The notes under the pieces are model-generated. The model had not been told where the DNA came from. It worked only from the letters and a program-made list of their open reading frames with translations, and searched no databases. This document shows positions 41,761-52,711 of a DNA stretch of 64,000 nt, in pieces. The stretch's first letter is position 1. Every line of letters begins with the position of its first letter. The stretch spans positions 2,656,001 through 2,720,000 of the forward strand of contig OY970399.1 in the NCBI GenBank assembly GCA_963720545.1, given 5' to 3'. This DNA is from an uncultured Acidobacteriota bacterium (GTDB taxonomy: Bacteria; Acidobacteriota; Vicinamibacteria; Fen-336). The position numbers were made by a program, and so were the translations under genes.

Positions 41761-44503
41761 CGGCGGTCCTTTCGGCACCGGGGATGCTGCCGGCGGCCGC
41801 ATCCAGCGCGCGCAGCGCCCGCTCGAACACCTGGCGGACGAAGAAACCGGTCTTGTGCCGGTCGAAGGCGCGCAGGCGTTCGGCGAACTGTACGAGGCCC
41901 AGCTCGCCGATATGGCCGGCGGCCAGCGAGCGGATGGTTTCGCCGGGCTGCTCCAGCAGCTCGCCGAGCAGCTGCTCGTAAGTCGGCGGTGTCCGCGTCA
42001 CCGGCCCCTGCACCGCCAGCCGCTCCGCATCCGGCACGTCGTCGATGAGGCCGATGACCAGGTCGCGCAGCGGTGGCTGCAGCACGTTCGCGGTCAGCTC
42101 GCGCGAGGTGGCGCGGATCTTGGCGCTGGTGCTGCCGAGGCCTCGGTGGATGGGCTTGAAGTTCTCGCGCGTGAAGCGCAGCGACAGCAGGCGGAACAGG
42201 CGCTCGATGGCGTGCGTCTCCTTGTCGCGCAGCAGCGCCACCAGCAGCTCGTGGCCGGGAGTGAGGCGCGCCGGCACTTCGGCGGCGCCGTTCTCGAGGA
42301 TCGCGCGCCATTCGATGAGGCGGTAGGTGGCGGCGATGGTGCGCTCGATGGCCTGGTCGAGCACCGAGTCGTCGAAGTTGATGCCGGGGTTCTCGGTGGC
42401 GATACGGCCGAGGCCGCGGATGATCTTGAAGCGCACCAGGCCGTCGTTCTCGTCGAGCAGCCGCTCCTGCAGCACCTGCAGGGCCGCCTCCGGCTCGAAC
42501 AGCACCAGCGAACGCGGCACGTGGCGGCGGATCTCGTGCGGCAGGTGCTCGTCCTTCAGCGACTCGGCCAGGAAATGCAGCGCGCGCTCGCCCTGCGCCA
42601 CCAGCGCCGCGCGCGCCGCCGGCCGCACCTCGTGGCTCACCAGGAACGACATCAGCGGCGGCAGGAAGGCGTCGTCGCGCACCGCGCCCATGGCGCGCGC
42701 CACCTCGATCTGCACCTCTTCCTCGGAGGAGTCTCCGAGGAGCGTCAACGCCGGGACGAAATCGGGCGAGGGCTGGCGCGTGATGGCGCGCGCCAGCACC
42801 AGCCGGGTGCGCGCCGAGGCGGCGCAGGCGATGCCTTCGATCGCCTCGCGGTCCTCGTCGGTGCCGAGGCCGCGCGCCACCATCACCACCAGCGCCGTGG
42901 CCCGCACCAGCGGATCGACGTCGCCCGTGGAGGCGCGCAGCGAGGCTTCGTCGGGCGCCACCGCGTTGCGGGCGCGCAGCGCGGCGGCGCGCACCTCCGG
43001 GTCGGGGTGGCCGATGAGGCGGTCGGCGACCGGATAAAAGTCGTCGCGCTTCGACAGTTCGAAGAGCTCCAGGGTGCGCAGCACGATCGCGGACGAAGGA
43101 TGGAAGAGGAGCAGCGCCGGCACCAGCCGCACCCGGCCCTCTTCCGCCAGCAGGTCGAGGGCAGCGAGCACCTCGCTGTCCTCGGCGCTGTTGAGCGAGG
43201 AGAAGAGCGACTCCAGCGAGCCCAGGTCGAGCTCCGGCATGTCCACCGAGCTGTGCATCGAACCCTCGCGCAGCGCGTCGCGGAACAAGTTGAGGTAGTG
43301 CTTCTTGATGTCGGCGGCGAACGCGATCCAGACGATGCACAAGCCGCCGGCCGCCGAGGCCAGCACGTAGTCGCCGCGCCGCAGGCCGATGTCGCTGAGG
43401 ATCGCGAGCGAGGCGATCGCCTGGCCGGCGCGCTGCGTGACGCCGTCGATGAACGGCTTGACCCGCGAGCGCAGCGCGTCGGGGATGGGGACGAACAGCA
43501 GCTCCATCGCGGTCTTGTTGAGCGAGAAGCGGAAGGCGCCGTCGGCGCCCTTCATGATCAGCGCCGCCGCCAGGCCACCGCCGAACGCGACCCCGGCGGA
43601 CCCGAGCGCCAGCAGGCTCGGCAGCACCCACAGCGCGCGGTGCAACCCGAGCAGGCGCATGAGGATGCCGGCCAGCAGGAACTGGGTGAGGAGCCCCGCG
43701 ATGTTGAGCCCCATATAAAAGGTGGCGAAGAACTCGGCGAGGTTCTCCTTCGGGATGGCGCGCGCCACCTCGCTCTTGAAGACGTAGTCGGCGACCGTGA
43801 TGGCGACCGTCGAAACCAGCACCAGCACCGTAAGGTTCTTGAGGTAGGCGTTGCCCTGGATGAGGCGCAGCGGCTCGCGCAGAGCGGCCAGGCCGCGCCC
43901 GCCGGGAGCGTCGATGGTGGTGCGCTGCAGGTAGAGGCCCGGGCCGAGCGCCGTCAGCACCATCAACAGCGCGGAAGTCGGCAAGAGCGTGTCGGCGGGG
44001 AACGAGCCGGCGACGATGCGGGCAATGCCCGAGCCGGCGACGGCACCCATGACGCTGCCGGTCGCGACCACGCGGAACACGCGCTTCGCCTGCGTCACGG
44101 TGAAGCGGTCGGACATGATCACCCAGAACTCGACCGCGGCGAGCGTGCCGAAGACGCCGGTCCAGATGTAGAGGCCGTAGACGCGGAAGTGGCCCTGGTA
44201 GCCGACGCCGGCGAGATAGAACGCCAGGGTGACGGCGGCGGCGAACAGCAGCAGGAAGCTGAGGCTGAACTTCACCGCGATCCGGCCGAGGCGCTTCAGC
44301 GGCGAGTCGGAGATGAGCATCGCGATGCCGGCGATCGCGAGGTACATGAACGGTAGCTGCGAAGCCGGCAGCCGCGACAGGAACAATGCGTCGCGCGCGG
44401 TCTCGAGGATCGTGTGGCTTGCGAGGATGCCGAACAGGCCGAAAAAGGACAAAAGCGCGGCGCTGCGCTCGTCGGCACGGATGTCGCCCAGAAAACGCGC
44501 CAT
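41750..44503 (-). CDS. Npt/TLC-family nucleotide transporter fused to HEAT repeats
   Basis: N-terminal MFS-like domain (ILETARDALFL, EFWVIMSDRF...AKRVF, FSLNKTAMELLFVPI...VKPFID), followed by HEAT-like repeats (HPDPEVRAAALRA, DVDPLVRATAL). Confidence 0.85.
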   Translation of the reverse strand: MARFLGDIRADERSAALLSFFGLFGILASHTILETARDALFLSRLPASQLPFMYLAIAGIAMLISDSPLKRLGRIAVKFSLSFLLLFAAAVTLAFYLAGVGYQGHFRVYGLYIWTGVFGTLAAVEFWVIMSDRFTVTQAKRVFRVVATGSVMGAVAGSGIARIVAGSFPADTLLPTSALLMVLTALGPGLYLQRTTIDAPGGRGLAALREPLRLIQGNAYLKNLTVLVLVSTVAITVADYVFKSEVARAIPKENLAEFFATFYMGLNIAGLLTQFLLAGILMRLLGLHRALWVLPSLLALGSAGVAFGGGLAAALIMKGADGAFRFSLNKTAMELLFVPIPDALRSRVKPFIDGVTQRAGQAIASLAILSDIGLRRGDYVLASAAGGLCIVWIAFAADIKKHYLNLFRDALREGSMHSSVDMPELDLGSLESLFSSLNSAEDSEVLAALDLLAEEGRVRLVPALLLFHPSSAIVLRTLELFELSKRDDFYPVADRLIGHPDPEVRAAALRARNAVAPDEASLRASTGDVDPLVRATALVVMVARGLGTDEDREAIEGIACAASARTRLVLARAITRQPSPDFVPALTLLGDSSEEEVQIEVARAMGAVRDDAFLPPLMSFLVSHEVRPAARAALVAQGERALHFLAESLKDEHLPHEIRRHVPRSLVLFEPEAALQVLQERLLDENDGLVRFKIIRGLGRIATENPGINFDDSVLDQAIERTIAATYRLIEWRAILENGAAEVPARLTPGHELLVALLRDKETHAIERLFRLLSLRFTRENFKPIHRGLGSTSAKIRATSRELTANVLQPPLRDLVIGLIDDVPDAERLAVQGPVTRTPPTYEQLLGELLEQPGETIRSLAAGHIGELGLVQFAERLRAFDRHKTGFFVRQVFERALRALDAAAGSIPGAERTAGAG

Positions 44504-44521
44504 GGAAAGGTGATCTTCCCA

Positions 44522-44543
44522 CGGAGTTAACGCCGAATTAACC
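44522..44543. promoter_or_regulatory. Candidate pho box (TTAAC direct repeat, 11-bp period) in the divergent NTT-HEAT/porin promoter
   Basis: CGGAGTTAACGCCGAATTAACC, with TTAAC at 44527 and 44538. Confidence 0.6.
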
Positions 44544-44611
44544 GGGCCGCCGCCGCGCCGTTACTTTGGGCCGATAGCTTGCCGCTCGAGAAAATCCCAA
44601 GGAGGGAATGA

Positions 44612-46069
44612 GTGAAGCTCATCCGCCTCACCGCTTCTTCGCCGGAATCTTGTTGTTCGCCGCAGTTGTGCTGCCTGCGCCGGCGCGGCGCAAGGCATGT
44701 ACTACAGGAGGTAGAGAAGGATGGGCGGATCTACGTGTTCGACATGACGGCCAGCCGAGGCGAGCCTTCCAGAAAACCGGCGGGGCCGAGCTTGGTGTCG
44801 CGATCACCCGCCCGGGCGCTCGGTCCGGACGGCGAGACGGTGGTCTTCGACAGCGAGCAGGCGATCAACTACTACAACTTCAAGCACGGCATCGCCGAAG
44901 TGGTTGAAAAGCCGAAAACGCCCAAGGTCGACATCGTCTACCGCGACGGCCGCACCACGGTCGACTTCGACAACGGCCAGATCCAGTTCCAGAACCGCCT
45001 GCAACTGCGCTATACGCACCAGTTGCCGCCGTCGGAGACACAGCTTCCGGGCACCTCGAACAAGGGTGACTCGAAGGGCTCGTTCCGCATCCGCCGCTAC
45101 GAGCCGCAGTTCCAGGGCTGGATCTACAAGAAGTGGATCGGCTACAAGCTCGAGTTCGCCTTCCAGGACCTGCAGAACGACGCGGTCGCCGGCGGCGCCA
45201 TCAACGACGCCTACTTCACCTACGACTTCGGCAAGGGCACGCGCAGCTTCCGCGCGCAGTTCGGCCAGTTCAAGGTGCCGTTCGGGCGCCAGGAACTGAC
45301 CTCGTCCTTCAACCAGCAGTTCGTCGACCGCTCGATCATCGCCGGCGAGTATGAGCGCGGCCGCGACCTGGGCCTGCAGCTCGACGGTCTCCTCGGCGGC
45401 GGCAAGCTCGAGTGGCGCGTCGGCCTCTTCAACGGCAACCAGCGCAACAAGACCCTGAACGACAACAACAAGTTCCAATACGACGCGCGGGTCACCTGGC
45501 TGCCCTGGGGCGAGCCCGGCTACTCCGAGAGCGACTTCGAATCCACCGACAAGCCGCTGTTCGCACTGGCCGGCCAGTGGGAGCTGAACGACTTCGCGAA
45601 CACCGTGGCGCCGGTGGTGCCGACGGGCGCTCCCGCGGGCACGCCGGCGGTGATTCCCTCGGTCACGTCCTGCCCGTGCGGCAGCGGCGCGCTGAAGCGG
45701 ACCACTTACGGCGTCGATGCCGTCCTCAAGTACAAGCGGCTGTTCCTGATGGGCGCCTTCTACAACCGCAAGATCGACCCCATTGTCAGCACCATCGAGA
45801 ACTTCAAGTCGAACGGCTACCACACACAGGCGGGCTACCTGCTCGACTCGGCGCGTCACTGGGAAGTGGCCGTGCGCTACGCGAGCTTCGACCCGACCGA
45901 CAAGACCTCGAGCAACGACCGCACCGAACTGGGCTTTGGCCTCAACTACTTCTACAACAAGCACAACGCCAAGATTCAGTCCGACTACCGGATCCTCGAG
46001 AACAAGTCGACGAAGCTGAAGGACAATTCGTGAAGTGCGCGCTTCAAACTCTAGTCTGGATCTGCGTAG
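44612..46069 (+). CDS. Phosphate-selective porin (OprO/OprP family); frameshifts at both ends, boundaries approximate
   Basis: RLQLRY, FRIRR, GQFKVPFGRQELTSS...FVDRS, GRDLG, GLNYF. Lies directly upstream of pstS. Confidence 0.82.
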
Positions 46070-46077
46070 GACGCCGT

Positions 46078-46112
46078 CGGAGTTAACACGGATTTAACAG
46101 CACGCATTAACC
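46078..46112. promoter_or_regulatory. Candidate pho box upstream of pstS
   Basis: CGGAGTTAACACGGATTTAAC...ATTAACC, with TTAAC at 46083, 46094 and 46107. The first 10 nt are identical to the 44522 site. Confidence 0.65.
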
Positions 46113-46168
46113 GGCCCGTTCCTTCGGGCCGGTACCTTTTGATCAAAGACATGGAAAGAGGCAAGCAC

Positions 46169-47132
46169 ATGAAGAGCACCGCAGCGGCGCTCCTGGCATT
46201 CGCATCCCTGGCGGGCCTGGCGCTCGCCCAGGCGGTCAAGGTGGAAGACAGCGATCACCGGGTACGCGAAGACCTCGGGCGTCTCCGGCAACATCAACAG
46301 CGTCGGCTCCGACACGATGAACAACCTGATGACGCTGTGGGCCGAGTCGTTCCTCAAGATGTACCCGAACGTCAAGATCCAGGTGGAGGGCAAGGGCTCG
46401 TCGACGGCGCCGCCGGCGCTCATCACCGGCACCGCGCAGTTCGGCCCGATGTCGCGCGCGATGCGCGCCACCGAGATCGACCAGTTCGAGAAGAAGTACG
46501 GTTACAAGCCGACGCAGATCCGCGCCTGCTACGACGCGCTCGCGGTCTACGTGAACAAGGACAACCCGCTCGAGAAGCTCGACCTCGCGCAGGTGGACGC
46601 GGTGTTCTCGAAGAGCCACCGCCGCGGCGGCAAGGCGGTCGCGACCTGGGGCCAGCTGGGGCTCACCGGCGACTGGGCCAACCGCCCCATCAGCCTCTAC
46701 GGCCGCAACTCGGCGTCCGGCACCTACGGCTTCTTCAAGGAGCACGTGCTGCAGAACGGCGACTACAAGGACCAGGTGAAGGAGCAGCCGGGTTCGGCAT
46801 CGGTCGTCCAGGGCGTCACCGAGGACCGCTTCGGCATGGGCTACAGCGGCATCGGCTACAAGACCTCGGGCGTCAAGGCCGTGCCGCTCGCGGAAAAGGC
46901 CGGCGGCTACTACTCGTCGGGCAGCTACGAGGACGTGAAGACCGACAAGTACCCGCTGCACCGCTTCCTCTACATCTACGTCAACCGCGCGCCCGGCAAG
47001 CCGCTCGATCCGGTGGTGCGCGAGTACCTGAAGCTGGTGCTCTCGAAGGAAGGCCAGGAGGTCGTCGTGAAGGACGGCTACCTGCCCCTGCCCGCCGAGA
47101 TCGTGACGCAGGAACTGGCGAAGATCGAGTAG
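46169..47132 (+). CDS. pstS: Phosphate ABC transporter substrate-binding protein; frameshift near 46260
   Basis: Signal peptide, SVGSDTM, EGKGSSTAPPAL, GPMSR, GRNSASGTYGFF, YPLHRFLYIY. Confidence 0.93.
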
Positions 47133-47213
47133 GCGCCGAGACCGAAATAGCAACCAAGACCGTGGCCAGCACTGGCGACGACGCCGCGAACCTTTGCAAG
47201 ATCCGCCGCGCGC

Positions 47214-49466
47214 GTGCGGCGGGTCAAGCTCGTCGACCGCCTGGCCACGCTCGTCATCACCCTCGGCGGCCTGTTCATCATCGCCGCCGTGTTGTTCATC
47301 TTCATCTTCATCCTGGCCGAGGCGCTGCCGCTCTTCCGCAGCGCCCGCGGCGAGGCACTGGCACCGCTGGCACTCCCGGCGCTGCCACCGAATCCGACAG
47401 CACCCGCAGCAGCAGCGGCGCCTGCTCCTGCAGGACTGCCGCCCGCCGCTGCGGCGGCGACCGGCGCCCCGGCGCTGCTGGTGAGCGGTGTTGACGAATA
47501 CCAGAAGTACGCGTACGAGCTGCTGAGCGATGGCCGCATCGTGACGCGCTCGCTCGGTGACGGCACCGTCGCGAAGAGCTTTCCGCTTGCCTCGCTCGGT
47601 ACGGCCACGATCACCTCGGCCTTCCGCTCGACCCTGCACCAGACGATCGTCGCCGGCACGTCCGACGGGCGCGTGCTGGTGGAGCAGGTCGCGTTCCAGC
47701 CGCGCTTCGAGAACGAAAAACTGGCGGATGTCGATGCGGTGGTGACGGAGACCGCGGTGATCGTGGTCGACCCCGCGGGTACGGCAAAGGTCGGCCTGCT
47801 GGGGCTGCACGAAGGCGACGAAGGCCCGACGATCGCGGCGGCGGTGGCGCCCGGCACGCTGGTGCTGGTGAAGCCCGGCGGCGAGGGCGAACCGAGCCGT
47901 GTGCAGCTCTCCTCGCGCGCCGGCGAGACGTTCACGCACGTGGCACTCGGCGCCGGCGATGCCCTGTTCGCCGCAACCGACAAGGGCGACGTCTACCACT
48001 GGGACATCGGCGCCGCCGAGCCGCGCCTGCTCGAGGTGCGCAAGCTGTCGAACGCGCCGGTCACGGCGCTCTCTTTCTCACTCGGCGAGATCAGCCTGCT
48101 GGTGGGCGACAACTCGGGCGAACTGAGCTCCTGGATCAGCGTCCGGCAGAGCGAGGACGACGCGGATCCGTCCCTGGCGCGCTCCCACGTCTACGAATCG
48201 CAGGGTGCTGCGATCACGCACATCGCCTCGTCGCCGCGCGACAAGAGCTTCGTCACCGCCGCCGCCGACGGCTCGCTGGTGCTGCGCCACCTGACCTCGG
48301 AGCGGACGCTGCTGCGCTTCCCGGGCCACGGCCAGCCGGTCACCGACCTGCTCGTGACCCCGAAGATGGACGGCATCATCACCACCACGGCGGGTCAGCT
48401 GCAGCGCTACACCGTCTCGAGCCCGCATCCCGAGGTGTCGTGGCGCGCGCTCTTCGGCAAGGTCTGGTACGAGGGCTATCCGCGGCCCGACTATGTCTGG
48501 CAGTCCACCGGCGGCAGCGACGACTTCGAGGCGAAGTTCAGCCTGATCCCGCTGGTGTTCGGCACCATCAAGGGCACGCTCTACGCCATGTTGTTCGCGG
48601 TGCCGATCGCGATCATGGGCGCCCTCTACACCTCGCAGTTCATGCACCCCTCGATCCGCGGCAAGGTGAAGCCGACGGTCGAGATCATGGCGGCGCTGCC
48701 GAGCGTCGTGGTCGGCTTCCTGGCAGGGCTGTGGCTCGCCTCGCGGGTGGAGAGATCGCTGGTGCCGGTCCTGCTCATGACCGTGCTGCTGCCGGCGTTC
48801 GGCACCGCCGGGTTCCTGCTCTGGAGCCGCCTGCCGCACGGCCTCGCGCGCCGCATCAAGCCCGGCATGGAAGTGATGCTGATCCTGCCGCTGCTGCTCC
48901 TCGGCGCGCTGTTCGCAACCTACGCCGGCCCGATCGTCGAGTCGTCCTTCTTCGGCGGCGACCTGCGGCTGTGGCTCAACTCCGCGATGAACCTCGTCTA
49001 CGACCAGCGCAACGCCCTGGTGGTCGGCCTCGCCATGGGCTTCGCGGTGATCCCGATCATCTTCACGATCGCCGAAGACTCGTTCTCGAGCGTGCCCTCG
49101 CACCTCACCGCGGCGTCGCTCGCGATGGGCGCGAGCCGCTGGCAGACGGCGACCCGCGTGGTGCTGCCGACCGCGAGCCCGGGCATCTTCTCCGCCGTCA
49201 TGATCGGCTTCGGTCGCGCCGTCGGCGAGACCATGATCGTGCTGATGGCGACCGGCAACACTCCGGTGCTCGACTGGTCGCTGTTCAACGGCATGCGCAC
49301 GCTGTCGGCGAACATCGCGGTCGAAATTCCCGAAGCGCCCTACGGCGGCACGTTGTACCGGGTGCTGTTCCTCGCCGGCCTCGCCCTGTTCATGCTCACC
49401 TTCGCAGTCAACACCGCCGCCGAGCTGGTGCGCCAGCGCCTGCGCGAGCGTTACAAGGTCATCTGA
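47214..49466 (+). CDS. pstC: Phosphate ABC transporter permease with large beta-propeller-like periplasmic insertion
   Basis: KPTVEIMAALPSVVVG, FTIAED, GFGRAVGETMIVLMATGN. Confidence 0.92.
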   Translation: MRRVKLVDRLATLVITLGGLFIIAAVLFIFIFILAEALPLFRSARGEALAPLALPALPPNPTAPAAAAAPAPAGLPPAAAAATGAPALLVSGVDEYQKYAYELLSDGRIVTRSLGDGTVAKSFPLASLGTATITSAFRSTLHQTIVAGTSDGRVLVEQVAFQPRFENEKLADVDAVVTETAVIVVDPAGTAKVGLLGLHEGDEGPTIAAAVAPGTLVLVKPGGEGEPSRVQLSSRAGETFTHVALGAGDALFAATDKGDVYHWDIGAAEPRLLEVRKLSNAPVTALSFSLGEISLLVGDNSGELSSWISVRQSEDDADPSLARSHVYESQGAAITHIASSPRDKSFVTAAADGSLVLRHLTSERTLLRFPGHGQPVTDLLVTPKMDGIITTTAGQLQRYTVSSPHPEVSWRALFGKVWYEGYPRPDYVWQSTGGSDDFEAKFSLIPLVFGTIKGTLYAMLFAVPIAIMGALYTSQFMHPSIRGKVKPTVEIMAALPSVVVGFLAGLWLASRVERSLVPVLLMTVLLPAFGTAGFLLWSRLPHGLARRIKPGMEVMLILPLLLLGALFATYAGPIVESSFFGGDLRLWLNSAMNLVYDQRNALVVGLAMGFAVIPIIFTIAEDSFSSVPSHLTAASLAMGASRWQTATRVVLPTASPGIFSAVMIGFGRAVGETMIVLMATGNTPVLDWSLFNGMRTLSANIAVEIPEAPYGGTLYRVLFLAGLALFMLTFAVNTAAELVRQRLRERYKVI

Positions 49467-51103
49467 TGAAGATCATGACGCTGGTCCGCCGCGGTGAACC
49501 GATGATCTGGTTCACCGGCAGCGCCCTCGGCATCGCCTTGCTGATGATCGCCGGGCTGATCGTCGTGATCCTCACCAACGGACTCGGCTTCTTCTGGCCG
49601 CAGCCGCTCGAGCGCATCACGCTGAAGGACGGCACCGTGGTGCTCGGCGACGTCGTGAACCGCGAGGAAGTGCCGCAGCCGGGAGAGAAGGGCGTGCCGG
49701 TGCACCGCATCCAGGTGCGCGTCGGCAACCGCGACATCGGCGGGGCCGACTTCCGCTGGATCGACGAGGCGCAGATCGCCTCTCGCGACAAGCCGCGCGA
49801 CGCGTTCTTCGTCGAGCGCCGCGAGTACGGGCCGCTCATCGGCACGCCGGTGGCCATCCGGCGCGGCGACACCGTCGTGGCCGACGGCCCGGCCGCGGTC
49901 GAAGCCGCACTGCCGGCGCTGCTGCGGCAGGCGCACCAGGATCGCCGCGCGATCCGCGCGCTCGAAAAGGACGAGATCGGCGCCATCAACATGCAGATCG
50001 AGGCGATCCGCATGAAGGGCCTGGCGCTCGACCTCGAGCACCGCAAGAACCCGGGCCTCGACCTCACCGCAAGGCGCGACGCGCTGGCGCGCGCCGACCA
50101 CACCGAACACGCGCGCTACGAGGCGAAGCAGGAGGAGCTCGCCTCGGTGATGGCGAAGGCCGGGGAGTCGCGGGTGACGTTCGCGGCCGCCGACGGCGCC
50201 ACCAAGGAGATCGCTGCGCTCGACATCTTCCGCGCCTACCCGGCGAACCAGCTGGGCCTCGGCGCGAAGGCCGCGGTCTACGCGAGCCGGCTGTGGACCT
50301 TCGTCAGCGACGATCCGCGCGAATCGAACACCGAAGGCGGCATCTTCCCGGCGATCTTCGGCACCGTGATGATGGTGTTCCTGATGAGCCTGATGGTGGT
50401 GCCGCTCGGCGTGCTCGCCGCGTTGTACCTGCGCGAGTACGCGCGCCAGGGTCCGCTGGTGCGCTTGGTGCGCATCGCGGTCAACAACCTCGCCGGCGTG
50501 CCCTCGATCGTCTTCGGCGTCTTCGGCCTCGGCTTCTTCGTCTACTTCGTCGGCGGCTCGATCGACCGCCTGTTCTTCCCGGAATCGCTGCCGACGCCGA
50601 CCTTCGGCACCGGCGGCATCCTGTGGGCGTCCCTGACCCTGGCGCTGCTGACGGTGCCGGTGGTGATCGTCTCGGCCGAGGAGGCGCTCGCGTCGGTGCC
50701 GCGCTCGATGCGCGAAGCTTCGCTCGCGATGGGCGCGACCAAGTTCCAGACGATCCTGCGCGTGGTCCTGCCGGCGGCCGCGCCGGGCATTCTTACCGGC
50801 CTGATCCTCGCCATGGCGCGCGGCGCCGGCGAGGTGGCGCCGCTGATGCTCACCGGCGTCGTCAAGCTGGCGCCCGAGATGCCACTCGACTCGGTGTTTC
50901 CGTTCTTCCACCTCGACCGCAAGTTCATGCACCTCGGCTTCCACATTTACGACGTCGGTTTCCAGAGCCCGAACGTGGAGGCGGCGAAGCCGATGGTATA
51001 CACCACCGCGATCCTGCTGCTGCTGATCGTGGTGGCCCTCAACATGACGGCGATCCTGGTGCGCAACCGCCTGCGCAGGAAGTACCAGACCTCGGCGTTC
51101 TAA
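49466..51103 (+). CDS. pstA: Phosphate ABC transporter permease
   Basis: GGIFPAIFGT, NLAGVPSIVFG, LAMARGAGEVAPL. ATG overlaps the pstC TGA. Confidence 0.93.
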   Translation: MKIMTLVRRGEPMIWFTGSALGIALLMIAGLIVVILTNGLGFFWPQPLERITLKDGTVVLGDVVNREEVPQPGEKGVPVHRIQVRVGNRDIGGADFRWIDEAQIASRDKPRDAFFVERREYGPLIGTPVAIRRGDTVVADGPAAVEAALPALLRQAHQDRRAIRALEKDEIGAINMQIEAIRMKGLALDLEHRKNPGLDLTARRDALARADHTEHARYEAKQEELASVMAKAGESRVTFAAADGATKEIAALDIFRAYPANQLGLGAKAAVYASRLWTFVSDDPRESNTEGGIFPAIFGTVMMVFLMSLMVVPLGVLAALYLREYARQGPLVRLVRIAVNNLAGVPSIVFGVFGLGFFVYFVGGSIDRLFFPESLPTPTFGTGGILWASLTLALLTVPVVIVSAEEALASVPRSMREASLAMGATKFQTILRVVLPAAAPGILTGLILAMARGAGEVAPLMLTGVVKLAPEMPLDSVFPFFHLDRKFMHLGFHIYDVGFQSPNVEAAKPMVYTTAILLLLIVVALNMTAILVRNRLRRKYQTSAF

Positions 51104-51127
51104 CGGCGTTTTTTGGTGAGATGTCGG

Positions 51128-51997
<870 letters not shown>

Positions 51998-52030
51998 TAT
52001 CACAATAGCGCGCCAGGGGAAGAAGAGAAG

Positions 52031-52711
52031 ATGGAACGACAGCACTTCGAAGAAGAGCTCGAGAAGCTGAAGCAGACGCTCCTGCACATGGGCGCGATCG
52101 TCGAGGACCACGTGCAGCGCTCGGTGCTGGCACTCATGGAGCGGCGCGAGGACCTGGCGACGGTGGTCATCGACACCGACAGGGAAATCAACGAGCTGCA
52201 CATCGAGGTCGACGACCGCTGCCTGAAGCTGCTGGCGCTGCAGCAGCCGATCGCCAAGGACCTGCGGCTCATCACCTCGGCGATGAAGATCAACTCCGAC
52301 CTGGAGCGCATCGGCGACCAGGCGGTGAACATCGCCGAGAACGTGCTCAAGATCCTGCCGCACCCGCCGCTGCGGCCGGTGATCGACATCCCGCGCATGG
52401 CGAGCCTGGCGCAGGGCATGACCCGCGACGCGCTCGACTCGTTCGTCGACCGCGACGTGGTGCTGGCGCGCAAGGTGCTGGCGCAGGACGACGAGGTCGA
52501 CCAGCTGAAGGACCAGGTGTTCCGGGTGCTGCTCACGCACATGATGGCCGACCCCGGCACCATCCAGCGAGCGCTGCCGCTGATCCTCATCAGCCGCAAC
52601 CTCGAGCGCATCGCCGACCACGCTACCAACATCGCCGAAGACGTGATCTTCTTCGTCGACGCGCGCGACGTGCGCCACCATCACGACGAAGCGCCGGCGG
52701 GTGAACGGTGA
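52031..52711 (+). CDS. phoU: Phosphate signalling complex protein
   Basis: QQPIAKDLR, DLERIGDQAVNIA, LERIADHATNIAE. Confidence 0.95.
   Translation: MERQHFEEELEKLKQTLLHMGAIVEDHVQRSVLALMERREDLATVVIDTDREINELHIEVDDRCLKLLALQQPIAKDLRLITSAMKINSDLERIGDQAVNIAENVLKILPHPPLRPVIDIPRMASLAQGMTRDALDSFVDRDVVLARKVLAQDDEVDQLKDQVFRVLLTHMMADPGTIQRALPLILISRNLERIADHATNIAEDVIFFVDARDVRHHHDEAPAGER

Noticed and set aside
47214..49466. Oversized PstC as a novelty
   Set aside because: Long PstC/PstA variants with periplasmic insertions are already known, for example in Pseudomonas-type pst operons.
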